NCBI RefSeq assembly: GCF_018350175.1 | Contig: NC_058369.1 | Coordinates: 3,784,001-3,848,000 of the forward strand | Direction: 5' to 3' | Length of the DNA stretch: 64,000 nucleotides | Source: Felis catus | Lineage: Eukaryota | Shown here: positions 25,183 through 39,059 of the stretch, one piece after another | Numbering within the stretch: position 1 is the stretch's first letter | How the letters are laid out: every line of letters begins with the position of its first letter | The notes under the pieces: generated by a model | Told to the model about the DNA's origin: nothing | The model's database searches: none | What the model saw: only the letters and a program-made list of their open reading frames with translations | Position numbers and translations under genes: made by a program

Positions 25183-27158
25183 GTGAGGGAGCTCCGGGGG
25201 GGGGGGGGGGGGGGGACGGTGGTGGAGACCAAGGGACCGCTTGCTGTGGGAGCAGTTTGGAGCCGCCCAGCGGGCGACCCACAGGGGTGTGGGACAGCTG
25301 CCGAGTGACCGGCAGAAGCCGTTGGCATTTGGGGCCGCGTGAAGCCCTTGGAAGGGCTGCGGGGAGAAGGGGAGAGCCCGGCCTCTGAGCTTTACCAGAG
25401 AGTGACTGACCGATGGCGCAAAAACGGGGCAGCCGGTGGAGGGGGCGGGGCCTGGCAGGGGGGCGTGCAGGTGGCCATCGGCAGGTGGCCGGCCTCAGCT
25501 GTCCCTCAGGGGCCAGGGGCGGCACGGAGCTGGGCCCTGACCGGTCGGGCCTCTGAGCCGAGAGGCCGAGAGGCAGGACACCCCGTGTCACCCAGCAGGG
25601 CTGTGAGGAGCCCCAGGCGGTCTCCACTGAGCCCGACGCTCCTGCCCTACACTCACTCCTGGCTGGGTCCCGCTCTGTCCTGTATCGCCCAGCCATCGGC
25701 CACCAGGCCCTGCCCTGTTTGCTGCTTCACCGCTGTTTCTCCCCGTGGCCCCTCCCCCACACCCTGACCTGCCTCCCAGCTCTTTCCTCCCTCGACGGCC
25801 CTGGCAGGAGCCCTGCCTGAGGCCCTGGCGCACGTTCTGGAGGCCACTCTGGCCACGGGCTCCCTGGCCGGAAGCTCCACCAGCCTCTGCACGGGGCGCG
25901 CACGGCCTTCCTCTGCCGTGACACCTGTCCCCTGCCGTGCGCACAGCTGACCCCCGAGGTCTCCGGCCCCCTGCCTTGCCGGACAGATTTCTGTTCATCC
26001 CTGAGTCTGCGCAGCTGCTTCCTCTTCCTAAGCCCTCCTGCACCTGCTGTCCCCGGGCACCCCGCACCCGAGGCTCACCCGCCCTCGCTCCCACTCTCTG
26101 TGTTCATCGGCCCCTGGACTGGGAGTCCCTGGAGGGCGGGACCCGGTCCGAGTTGACTTTGGGTCCCTGGCTCCTGGCCTAGCACCCAGCGCTTCCCTTG
26201 AGTCAGCCGGGCTACCCGAGCTCTGGGCCCCGGGCCCAGGGCAGCGCCCTTGTCTTAAGGGCCCTGCGGCCCAGCGCTGCCCGGGGCGCTGTTTCTACAG
26301 ATTCGGTGTTTGCAGAACTTGACATAGACGACTTCTCCAGGCGCGTCCCTCTCAGCGCCGCTGGTTGTCGGGGCGCTGGGAACTCTGCAGTCCAGTAGCT
26401 AACGTTCATTGCGCCCACGGTTCCGGTCGGAGCCCTTGTAGATGGGGGCCGGGGCTAGCTTGTCTCACGAGGGTGAGGAAAGCCTGTGCCAGGCACGGTG
26501 CCTCCAGCGGGGCTCCTCCCTCCCAGGTCAGGAGCAGTGCAGAGTCCTGCTACTCCTGAGACCGGCTGGGGGCTGCTGGGCCGGGGTGTCACAGACAGGG
26601 TGTTTTCGTAACAGTCTGTTCGTGGGACGGGATCTGGGCTACAGCCTTTACGGGACATATGTCAGAAGTAGGGGGAACACCTCACAGAGGTTCACGGTCA
26701 CAGGGCCGTGTGGACAGACAGAGCAGGCGTGAAGGGCTGGAGGCCGCCGGTCTTGCGGGTGGGCTAGGCTCCCAAGCGTAAGTGAGCGGAAGTCTGAAGG
26801 TTCCTGGCAGCAGGAATGGCGCTCGCAAAGGCCCTGGGGCAGGATGGTTTGGAGGCAGAGTCCGGAGGCTGGCGTGGTTGGAGTAGACGAGTCGAGGGGC
26901 AGCTGGGGTGGGGAGTGAGGGTGGCAGGACAGGGACTCACTGTGTTTGAGGAGGACCTCTTGAGGGCTCTTGCCTCAGGGTTGAGGGCTGGGAGGGGTGG
27001 GGGACAGGGCAGCTTCCGGGGGACAGCCCGCGGGGTGTCTGGAGGACGAGGCCACGAGAGGCGCGGGCACGGGGCAGAGTCGGGGAGGGCCACGGCGCCT
27101 GGCCCGGTGTGCTGCCCCGTGTGGACTCCCCGCTGAAGGCGGCGACCTATTCCTGCAG

Positions 27159-27381
27159 TCCCTACAGACCGAGAAGGAGGCTCCCCAGGCCTCTCTCGGG
27201 GAGGGTCCCTCGGTGGCTCCCCCTTCCAAAAGTGGCCAGAAGACACGGCCGTTGATCCCCGAGATGTGCTTCACGTCCGGCGGTGAGAACACGGAGCCGC
27301 TTCCCGCCAACTCCTACATCGGCGACGACGGGACCAGCCTGCTGATCGCCTGCGCCAAGTGCTGCCTGCAGGTTCACGCCA
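27159..27381 (+). CDS. KDM4B: KDM4B coding exon (223 nt, start of PHD1)
   Basis: ttcctgcag|TCCCTACAG...CACGCCA|gtgagt; [10 protein letters not shown]...[47 protein letters not shown]. Confidence 0.97.
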
Positions 27382-28538
27382 GTGAGTCCTGGGCCCGGAC
27401 GGCGGCCCGTGGGAGGGCAGCTGTGGCACCTGTGGCTTGGGTCCCCACCCCCACCCAGTTAGGTCTGCGGAGCCGGCGGGCCCCCTCCCTCTGGGCTGCC
27501 GTCTCGGGCCTTCCCACAGGACCTGGCGTCACGGGGCGGCCTCCCCCCCGGCCAGTTCGGACGGTTCCACTGAGGCCTGAGATCTAGAGATGGTCCAGGG
27601 GATCTGATCTGTCCCTGCCGTCGGTGACCGGCCCCCCTCCCGAACCCTGAGGGCCCGACTCAGTCCGAGACAAGAAAATGGGTGTGTGCCCCTTTCTCCG
27701 GTGTTAGGGGCAGCAAACGCGAGCCCGAGCTCCCGGCAAGGGAAGAAAGCTTTTCCGGAGCTGTTTCGTTTCAGGGCCTGCCCTGCGGAGTCCTGCCCAG
27801 AGTTCGTTCTGTCTCCTGCTAGGAGCATAGGCCCAGGCTGAGCCCGCCTTCTGGAGGGGCCCGAGTCTAGCTTCCGGGACAAGCCTGGGAGGCAGAAGGC
27901 CCAGCATAACCCCCCGAGACCAGGCACTGGAGGGAGGTGGGGCCCCCTCTTCCTCCAGGAGGAACACTTTGTTGTCCCTCAGAGCCTCTGTGGGGACACA
28001 GCAGAAGACTACAGTTCTGTGGCCTGGTGGCTGAGGTCCCCTGGTACTGCCGGATGGCGACCCCGGGGGTAGGGCAGAAGAGCCCTCGCTCTGGGGCGTG
28101 ACCTCTTGACTCCACCCCCCCCACCCCCACCCCCCGCCCCTGCTGTCTGCCCGTTTCTAAACCAGGGCCAAGGTCCTAAGCGAACCATCTGGGTAACCCA
28201 GAGCCTCCCAACTTCTGCTTCCTGAGTAGTGATTTTGCCTGAACACAGGGCCCGGCCTGCCCCGCTCTGCCGTCTGGACTCCGGCATCCACGAGGCCCAC
28301 TTTGCGTTGCGTACAACTGCTTGGTCACTTTTCAGGCTTCCCAGCCTCCCCTGGCCTGCAGAGCCTGGGCCTTTTAGATGCGACTGGAGACAGCGAGGGC
28401 CGCTCTCGGCTGAGCAGCCCCAGCAGGGGGCCCCGCTCTCCTTCCCCCTACTTGTTTCAAACGAGCCATTTCTAGACCGTCCCGCTGTGCGCAGTGGCCT
28501 GGATTCAGGAGGGAGGGTGGGGAGAGCAATTGCCCTAA

Positions 28539-30580
<2,042 letters not shown>

Positions 30581-32539
30581 AACTAGGCCCCTCTTGACGC
30601 GCGTCGCGCTGTCCCTGCAAGGAGCGCCCCATCGCCATCCTCCGCTGTCCTCCGGGGGACCGTGGCCTCGAGGGGCTCACACCTCCTCCGCGCACCAATG
30701 AGGACGGTCGCCCCCGGGGGAGCCTGCGGGGCAGCGGACGGAGCGGGACGATGAGCAGGCCACCGGCCAGCCCTGTGACTAGACAGGTCGCTGACCTCTC
30801 TGTACCTCGGCTTTCCCCTCCGTCGGCCGGGCCGCCCGTGGCCTTCTGTGTGGTGAGCGTTCACGGGGCCTGACTGTGCGTAAGCTCCCGCCGTCAGGCT
30901 CGTCGTGGCCGTGAGTTCGCGGGCGGCTTCGCCGGGGACCCGTGTTGCCCGCCCCCGGGCCGCAGGGGGGCAGAAGGCAGAGGAAGCGGGCTCTGGGCCT
31001 GCCGGGGGGTCCTGTGGGGCCACCCGGCCGGGTTGACGGGGCAGCGGGAGGCAGCCCGTGTGGGAGGGCGGGGGCCTCGGTCACGGAGCCAGCACTGCCC
31101 CCTCCCGAGTCCCGACAGGTGATTAGGAAAGGGCCGGGTGGCCGCAGGGGGCTCCTCTGGGACGGCGGGCCTAAAAGGCTTCATTATTCAGGGACGTGAC
31201 GGTGCCGTGCTTGGCGCCCGTGATAGATCCTCCCTCCCAGACGCTTTATGGATCATCTGACATTTCCAGCTTGCAGCCTCTTCATTACCAGTACTTGTAA
31301 CGATGAATTAAAAATCCTTCTACATGAGGCTCACTTGTACTGCCTAATGGAGCCTCGTGAGGAAGCCGGCAGTTAACTCCTGCTTGTCCAGCCACCCGCC
31401 CGCCTTCCCAGGGCCACGTGCTGGCCGCGGGCTCGGGGATGGTCACTCCTGGTCATCTGTCCATCTGGCTGTCCCTATGACCACCTGGCCTCTGGCCCCG
31501 GGCACCGGGGCTGCCCTGGCTCGTGGGGGCGGGCCCCATGCCTACGGGGGCCTGAGCCCAGACCACCTCCCGGGCTAGCCAGGTTTGCGCCCATGCTCAC
31601 CCCCGTCACCAGGCTGGGATGGGACCTGGAGGGACTTCGCGGTCCGGTGGAGACTCCGAGCGAGTCAGCTTGTGATCAGCTACGGGGGTGGTACGGGCGT
31701 GGCTGGTGGGGGGCAGGCGGTTTGAGCGGGCTCTGCCCTTCTCGTCACCCCTGCTTCGAGGGAAGGCGCTGACGTCTGGCGGTGCTGGAGGGAGGGTGGG
31801 CCTTTGCCAGAGCAGGTTGACGGGTGGGCGTGAGGGGCAGGTTGAGCACAGAGGACTTGGTACGGGGCGATGGGGGGCGTCTGCAGGCAAGAGCAGCCTC
31901 CACGGCCAGCGTCACGCCCATCGGTGACCCCGGCTGCCCCAGACCACCGCTCTGCACGATGTCCGCCCTCCCTGCACCCCCTCCGTACAGCCTCCACCCA
32001 GGGAGACCCAGACGCCCAGCACCGGAGGCTCCGACAAATAGTGCGGTGGGGGCCTGGCCTGCATTCTCTGCGACGCGGGAGCTCAGGATGAGGGCCCCGC
32101 CACCCACGGGCTGAAATGGGTTGTGCTGTGCCAGCCCAGCTGTTGGGTCCTCCTGGGCCTCCGCCGGCGGGCGGGGGCCTGGCTCCCTGCGCCTTCCACC
32201 CCTGCGGAGGAGGCCCAGTCCTGGAGGGTTAACGCGCCCCCGCCTGTGGTTGTGCGCCGGCCCCGCGGGCTGGCGGGATTAGGTATTGACAGTTTAATAA
32301 TGAGATCTCATTGCCATCGATCGGCGGTGGGCGTGCTCCTGCTGTGCCCTGTGCTGCGCGGCTTATCTGGCCTTTGAACACGGTTTACGGTTTACGGAGC
32401 GATAAAGGCCCACTTAGTAAGTGTAGGAAATGCTCACGGTGGCCGCCCTCGGGGCGGGGAGGGGGCAGGGCCGGCCTGCGGGGCGGACCCTCCTGGGGAA
32501 GAGCCTCCGGGTGGAGGAGGGGGCGGCTCCACAGTGCCT

Positions 32540-32890
32540 TATATTCAAAATTAAGGTGAAATTCCCCATTTTAAAGTACAGTTGAGTGACTTTTAGTATG
32601 TTCACGGATTGAGGCAATCATCACCATGATGTGGTTCCAGAACATTCCACCTCCCCAGAAAGAAACCCGTCCCCATCAGCTGTCAACCCACCCAGCCCCC
32701 GGCCCCCATGAGCCCCCTTCCCGTCCGTGGATGAGCCTGTTGTGGACGTTCCACTCGCGTGGCCTCGTATCCCGCGTGGCCTCTCGTGTCTGCCTCCCTC
32801 CCTGCGCGTCATGTGTTCAGGGTCCGTCCGCGGGGCGGCGGGGGTGGGCGCCTCGCTCCTGCTCCGGCCGAGGGACGTACCCGTGCGTGG
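32540..32890 (-). mobile_element. L1M 3'-end fragment, GC-shifted
   Basis: aaattccccattttaaagtacagttgagtgacttttagtatgttcac...ttccagaacattccac typical of L1MB/ME 3' ends. Confidence 0.7.
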
Positions 32891-33182
32891 CTCTTCAGTG
32901 CCTGTCCCAGGCAGCTGTGCAGAGACAGTGGGTGGAGGAGAATCCACAAGTGCTTCTGGAGGAAGCCACTGGCTGGGTCTGGGGGGCTCTCCACCACGGT
33001 CAAGACCCCTGGCCATGCAGAGTTCTGAGGGCTTTTCCCACAGTGCTTCCCCCAACAAACGCCAGCCCCCGGGGGCTGCTGAGTTCCTGCCCTGGGGCTG
33101 GGGGGGGTCGCTCCCGGGAGACAGCCCCGGGGGTCCCGGAAAGGGCCTCCTAGCCCCATGTCCTCGGCCTGTGTCCCCCCAG

Positions 33183-33368
33183 AAATGCGTGTACTGCCGG
33201 AAGCGGATGAAGAAGGTGTCCGGAGCCTGCATCCAGTGTTCCTGTGAGCACTGTTCCACCTCCTTCCACGTGACCTGCGCCCACGCCGCCGGGGTCCTCA
33301 TGGAGCCTGACGACTGGCCCTACGTTGTGTCCATCACCTGCTTCAAGCACAAGTCAGGGGGCCACACC
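33183..33368 (+). CDS. KDM4B: KDM4B coding exon (186 nt, PHD2)
   Basis: tccccccag|AAATGC...CACACC|gtgagt; [62 protein letters not shown]. Confidence 0.97.
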
Positions 33369-33458
33369 GTGAGTGCCCCGCCCGCCCCCTCCCGCCCCCC
33401 CCCCCCCCCCCGGCCGGCCGCCTGCGCGCTGACGCGGCCCTGTCCCCGCCGCCCCCAG

Positions 33459-33623
33459 GTCCAGTTCCTGAGGGCCGTGTCCTTGGGCCAGATGGTCATC
33501 ACCAAGAACCGCAACGGGCTCTATTACCGCTGCCGGGTCATCGGCACCAGCACGCAGACCTTCTACGAAGTCAACTTTGACGATGGGTCCTACAGCGACA
33601 ACCTGTACCCGGAGAGCATTACC
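33459..33623 (+). CDS. KDM4B: KDM4B coding exon (165 nt, Tudor 1)
   Basis: gcccccag|GTCCAG...ATTACC|gtgagc; [55 protein letters not shown]. Confidence 0.97.
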
Positions 33624-33753
33624 GTGAGCGGGGCTGTCCTCGGGAAGCCCGGGGAGGGGGGAGGGCGTGGGGGGGGGCGGGGCTGTCCTCGGGAAGCCGG
33701 CTCGGCCCCTGCGGTGCTCCCCTGGCCCCACCACCACAGGAGGGCTCCCCGGG

Positions 33754-34260
33754 TGTCGCGACCGGCGCGACAATCACCGAGGTCAGGGTCCTGAGGGTAG
33801 GGGAATGTAAGAAAAAAGAGAGAAGAGAAAGTTTGGGAACAGGAGGGTCCCCTGGGCTGATGGCCCAAGTGACGGCTTTATTGTTGCTGTACACAATCTT
33901 TTATAATATAAGACTCTTATGGATCAGGTCATTCTAAGAATAAACAGGTTTCACATGATCACTGCCAGCCAAAACATTTAGTTCTGTATACCTTGTGAAC
34001 TTTCTGAACGGGTCACAAGACCTTGTTGATAGATTGCTAGCAAAACACAATTCCCATGTCTGTGTCTATCTGACTCGGGGTAGATAGAAAAAGGGAGGTA
34101 GCATTACTGCCAACACCTGCAGACCACAGGCTTCAGGAATTAACTCTCTCAGCCTTGACAAGGCTTTCGTATGCCCTTGAAAGTGGGGGAATGGGAGGGG
34201 GAACCACCGGGTTGGCTTGAGTCAACGGGGAACATTGCTCGACCCGGTCTCAGCCTGGCA
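33754..34260 (-). mobile_element. ERV solo LTR (507 bp), antisense in KDM4B intron
   Basis: TG...CA termini; CCGGG TSD at 33749-33753 and 34261-34265; minus-strand TATAAAA (33899-33905) followed by AATAAA (33877-33882); AT-richer than flanks. Confidence 0.8.
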
Positions 34261-34470
34261 CCGGGGCCCGGCCCCCCACACCCGGGTTGTGCAGACGCCG
34301 AGCGGGAAGCAGTCAGTTCTAGAGTCGCCTGTGCTCACGCACTCGCTGGGAGAGTTCAGGCCCGGAACGCCACTCCCCTCCTGTGCACACACTCGAGGGC
34401 CAGGGCAGATGACAGTGGGAGGCGTGGGAGGCGCTGAAGCCCCACTTGCCGCCCCCTTCCTCCCTTGCAG

Positions 34471-34590
34471 AGTAGGGACTGTGTCCGGCTGGGACCCCCA
34501 CCCGAGGGCGAGTTTGTTGAGCTCCGGTGGGCGGATGGCAACATGTACAAGGCCAGGTTCATTTCCTCCGTGACGAGCCACGTCTATCAG
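34471..34590 (+). CDS. KDM4B: KDM4B coding exon (120 nt, Tudor 2)
   Basis: tcccttgcag|AGTAGG...TATCAG|gtgagc; [40 protein letters not shown]. Confidence 0.97.
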
Positions 34591-34899
34591 GTGAGCCGGC
34601 CCCTGCTTCGCCGGGGCAGGGACGGAGCCACGGGTGGGCCGTGGCCAGCTCCCGCTGGGGACATAAACGCTCAGGGCTTCTTAGGCCTTTAAGCGGGGAG
34701 GGGTCTCCACTTGTCCGGTATTTTCCCCCCAAGTTGTCTTTCTGACTCCGCGTGTGGTACGCCTACAGACATAAAATTTACTGTTTTAAGCATTTTTTAG
34801 CACACAGTTCCACGCCCCGCGTTGTTTTTTAATCGCGGTGGTTGTGAGTTTCTTTCCGTGATTGTGGAAGGGAAGTTATTCAGCAGCTTGAAGTCTTAG

Positions 34900-35421
<522 letters not shown>

Positions 35422-36149
35422 TGACGGGGCTTTTTCTCCTGGGCCCTTTGCATTTGTGTTTCTCCCGTCTTTAATGCAAAGGCAAGGTTTTGAGGAGCAG
35501 GGGCCTGTGGCCGTCGGTGAATGAGCTCAAAGTAAGAGCTGGCTGGCGTGGGTTGCAAGGCCGACCTGACCCCAGGATCCCTCCGGGAAGCACAGGGGGC
35601 CCAGACGGAGCCCGGCCACCCAGCCACCCTCTGGGAGGACAGCCCAGGCTCTGGGCGCCCGCTCCCCGGGGCCCGTGACTAGGGGGGCCTGGATGGCTCG
35701 CACACGGGATCGGGGGCTCACGCAGAGGCAGGAACGCTGGGCAGCCATCCCTGGCGACCGGTGTCACTCCCAGAAGGTCACCGGTTGAGGGACCGTGCCT
35801 GGAGGCCGCGGGCGTGTGCTTCAGCCGGGTGCCGCGCGGAGCCCCCCGGGGGGCTGCTGTGACGAGGCATCTTGGGATTTTCAACCACAGACGTCGTCTG
35901 TCACGGTCCCGAGGCCAACGTGTGGGCTCAGATTTGGTGGCTGGGGACAGCGGCCTCCGGGTCACAGACGCCTCCCTTCTGGTGGCAGGAGGGAGAGGGA
36001 GAGCTCCCGTGGGCCTCTTTGTTTAAGGGCCCCGATCCCGTTCACACGGCCTCCTCCCGATACCGTCACCGTAGGGGTCAGGCTCCCACAGACGGATTTG
36101 GGGGCGCCCCGCCGCCACGCTAACCCCCGTGCCGTCTGGTCTCCCGCAG

Positions 36150-36326
36150 TCGCTCAGCACGGGGGCACCTCAGGAGAACACCTTCTCGGGAGAGGAGGTG
36201 AAGGCCGCCAAGCGCCCGCGAGTGGGCACCCCACGCGCCCCCGAGGACTCAGGACGGAACCCGGACTACCTAGCGTTCATGGAGAGCCTCTTGCGGGCGC
36301 AGTGCCGGCCCGGGGCCCCCTTCTAG
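36150..36326 (+). CDS. KDM4B: KDM4B last coding exon (177 nt incl. TAG stop)
   Basis: ctcccgcag|TCGCTC...[34 protein letters not shown]...[20 protein letters not shown]. Confidence 0.97.
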   Translation, partial: SLSTGAPQENTFSGEEVKAAKRPRVGTPRAPEDSGRNPDYLAFMESLLRAQCRPGAPF

Positions 36327-37133
36327 GACAGCCGGCCGCCCGGCGACCCCTCGGCCCAGCAAGGCAGGCGGCGGCCGGCCCTGGCGTTTGCTTGCTGTGA
36401 ATTCCTGTCCTCGCCTCCCCGGCCCCCGAGAGGCTACCTCTGCGCGGCCGCCCCCGCTCTGCGGCGACAGGAGCCAGCAGGACGCCGGCACGCGGCCCCC
36501 GGACTCAGGGAGCAGGGCCACGCGGGCTCTGGGGGGGCCGGCCGGGGACTCGCGCCACCCCCACGACTCAGATTCGTAAACCATGTAAGCTCTTCTCGAA
36601 AAGGTGCTACTGCTTTGCCTGCCTCCTGAGCAGCCTTGGAGGTTGTGACTTCTGTACATACGCGACCTTTGTGAGGCTCTTTCTAGAAATACCTGTTGTT
36701 TAAAAAAACACGAGGAAAAAAAGGAAAACAAAGAAAAGGAAAAAAAATCCCCAAAGTTGTTTTCTAGATTTGTGGCTTTAAACACGAAACGAAACAAAAC
36801 ACACACGTTCTTTTTTTTTCCAGAACCAAGATACGCTGAGGGAGATAAAAGCATCTCGGGTTTTTTGTTGGCTTGTTGGTTTGTTGGTCATTGTTTTAAA
36901 ACCTCACTTGTCTGCGCACCAGCGGCAGGGAGGTGCCCCGCACGCGGGGAGGCCCGGTGGCACCTGGGAGGCCAGGCAGGGTGCCGGTGACAGGGTGACA
37001 GGCGTCGGCCCGGCCCTCCTCTCCCCGGGACTTGGCGAAGGTCTGGGCGGCCGGCCCTGCCTGCTCCCTCTGGGGGCGACCACCAGCTGTAGGGGTCGCA
37101 GAGCCCCTTTCCGGTCCACGCGCGCCTTCGCGA

Positions 37134-37139
37134 AATAAA
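37134..37139 (+). terminator. Proximal polyadenylation signal AATAAA
   Basis: Canonical hexamer followed by a U/GU-rich stretch (ctggtttgttccctct). Confidence 0.55.
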
Positions 37140-38013
37140 CACGCTCTCTCCTGGTTTGTTCCCTCTCCTGCTTCTTCCCCTCGTGACTGCACTGCCGGCC
37201 GGCCGGGGGCCTCCGCTGTTCGCAAAAGGCTCCGTGTCCCCAGAGCGTCCCCCTCCCGGCCGTGTGTGTGGCCGGGCGTCTGTTCACCGACAAGCGTGGG
37301 TGACCTCCGTGGCTGTCTGGGGAGGGAGGATGTGAAACCAGCCAGCTCTCCTCCCCGCCCCCACCCCCACCCCCGTGGCCCAAGTCCGGGGGTTCCCCGT
37401 GGCCCCAGGCCCTGGCCGCTGCCCCACCGGCGCAGGGGTGCCTGCCTTGGACCCCGAGGGGCCAATGGCATCCGCGTCTTGCTTGGGAGACGTGGGTCTG
37501 TGCGTCTGGGGGACGCTGATGTCAGCCCGGAGGAACCGGGATTTCCGAGGCGAGGCGGCGAGGCGTGCTTGTGAGGGCCTTTGGGCCCCCGCCCACCTGC
37601 CCCCGGGGAGCCTCGCCCACCGCGACGGCCCCTGCCGTCCTGCCCAGGGATTGCCGGCAGAATCTGCTCGTGTAAAAAAAAAAAAAAAAAAAAAAATTAA
37701 AAAGAGTGTTCTGCTGGCTGCCCGGCCAGAAAGAACTATATAAGGAGAACAGAAAAGATGTAAATGAGCCGAGAACCTTGCGTTTCGTTGGTGGGGGCGG
37801 GGGGCAGGTGCCCTGGAGGGGGCGGGGGCGGGAGGTGCCGCGCGGAGCCCGCCGGATGTGGGGGTCCCCCTCTGCATGCGGCAGCCCCGCGGGGCGCCGG
37901 CACTGTGTTCATATGTAGTTTGAAAATGCTATTTATATTGTAAAGGGAACAGGAGGAAGGGGGCTGGCCCTCGGGCGGAGGGGTGGGCCAGACCCAGGCA
38001 GGGTCTCTCTGAG

Positions 38014-38067
38014 TCTGGGTCTGGGTCTGGGTCTGGGTCTGGGTCTGGGTCTGGGTCTGGGTCTGGG
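38014..38067 (+). repeat. (TCTGGG)9 hexamer microsatellite in 3' UTR
   Basis: Nine perfect units counted. Confidence 0.97.
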
Positions 38068-38246
38068 GCGACGTGCAGACAGGCCGCGGCTCGGCGAAGG
38101 GGAAACGCACATTTCCCCACCAACGTATACCCGTGTCTATGTACAAAAACGAAAAACAAAGCCACCCGCCCTGATTTTGCTCCCACCCAAGATTAAGGAT
38201 GCGCTGTATTTTTGCCTAATTTCCCCTGCCTCTAGGTTCATAATGA

Positions 38247-38252
38247 ATTAAA
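38247..38252 (+). terminator. Distal polyadenylation signal ATTAAA
   Basis: Variant hexamer with upstream TGTA motifs; marks the end of the TE-free UTR. Confidence 0.65.
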
Positions 38253-38539
38253 GGCTCGTGAGCACTGCGAAACAGAGCTCCCTGGCGTGGCGGTGTCTTC
38301 ATTTCGGGGTGGGGGCGGGCCCCCAGGAGGGCGGGGGGGGGGGGGGGGGGCGGCCTGGCCCCTCGCTCCCGCTCCGGGCTTCCTGATGGAGGGTGGTTCT
38401 TCCGGGCCGACGTCTGGCCGCGGCTTGCGTCCCCCCACACCCCTTCCTAGAGTCTGTGGGGCTCCACTCACGGGCAGGCTGGTGGCAGCGGTGGCTGAGG
38501 CAGCAGGTCGCCCCCCCCCCCGCCCGAAGGACAACTCTG

Positions 38540-38726
38540 GGGGCGCCTGGGTGGCTCAGTCAGGGTCGATCTCAGCTCAGGTCATGATCTCACGGTTCAT
38601 GAGACCGAGCCCCGCACTGGGCTCTGGAGCCTGCTTCGGACTCTGTCTCCCTCTCTCTCTGCCCTTGTCCCACTCACGCTCTCTCTCAAAAATAAATGAA
38701 CATAAAGAAAGGTTTAAAAAAAAAAA
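38540..38726 (+). mobile_element. Can-SINE
   Basis: ggggcgcctgggtggctcag head, CT linker, A tail. Confidence 0.9.
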
Positions 38727-39059
38727 TTCTGTCTTTGACCCCTTGTTTGTCTGGGGCCAGTGGACACCTTCTCCCACTGCCCTCGTGACCACGACCCAGT
38801 TCCAGTGACGTCTGAGCCGAGGAGGGTGCCACACTGTGGGGTCTCCCAGGCCTGGCATGAGGCTGGGCCCCCAGGCTTTGTGAATGTGCCACGAATCCAA
38901 CAGGTCCTGGGGGGGGGGGGGTTGGCACCAAGGCAGCTCCCTCCTTGGTGGAACCAACAGGACTGGGCGAGGCAGCCGGTAAGTATGGCTCATCCGGTGA
39001 GGTAGAAAGCAGGGGAAAGGGTGTTACGTTCGCACCGGGAGTCTTGAAGGAGATGATAG

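Larger units (their letters stand above)
36327..38270 (+). other. KDM4B: KDM4B 3' UTR (end approximate)
   Basis: Follows the stop; TE-free with AU-rich blocks; ends near ATTAAA 38247-38252, after which SINE-dense intergenic DNA begins. Confidence 0.75.

Noticed and set aside
36324..36332. Possible stop-codon readthrough of KDM4B
   Set aside because: TAG GAC context lacks the UGA-CUAG readthrough motif
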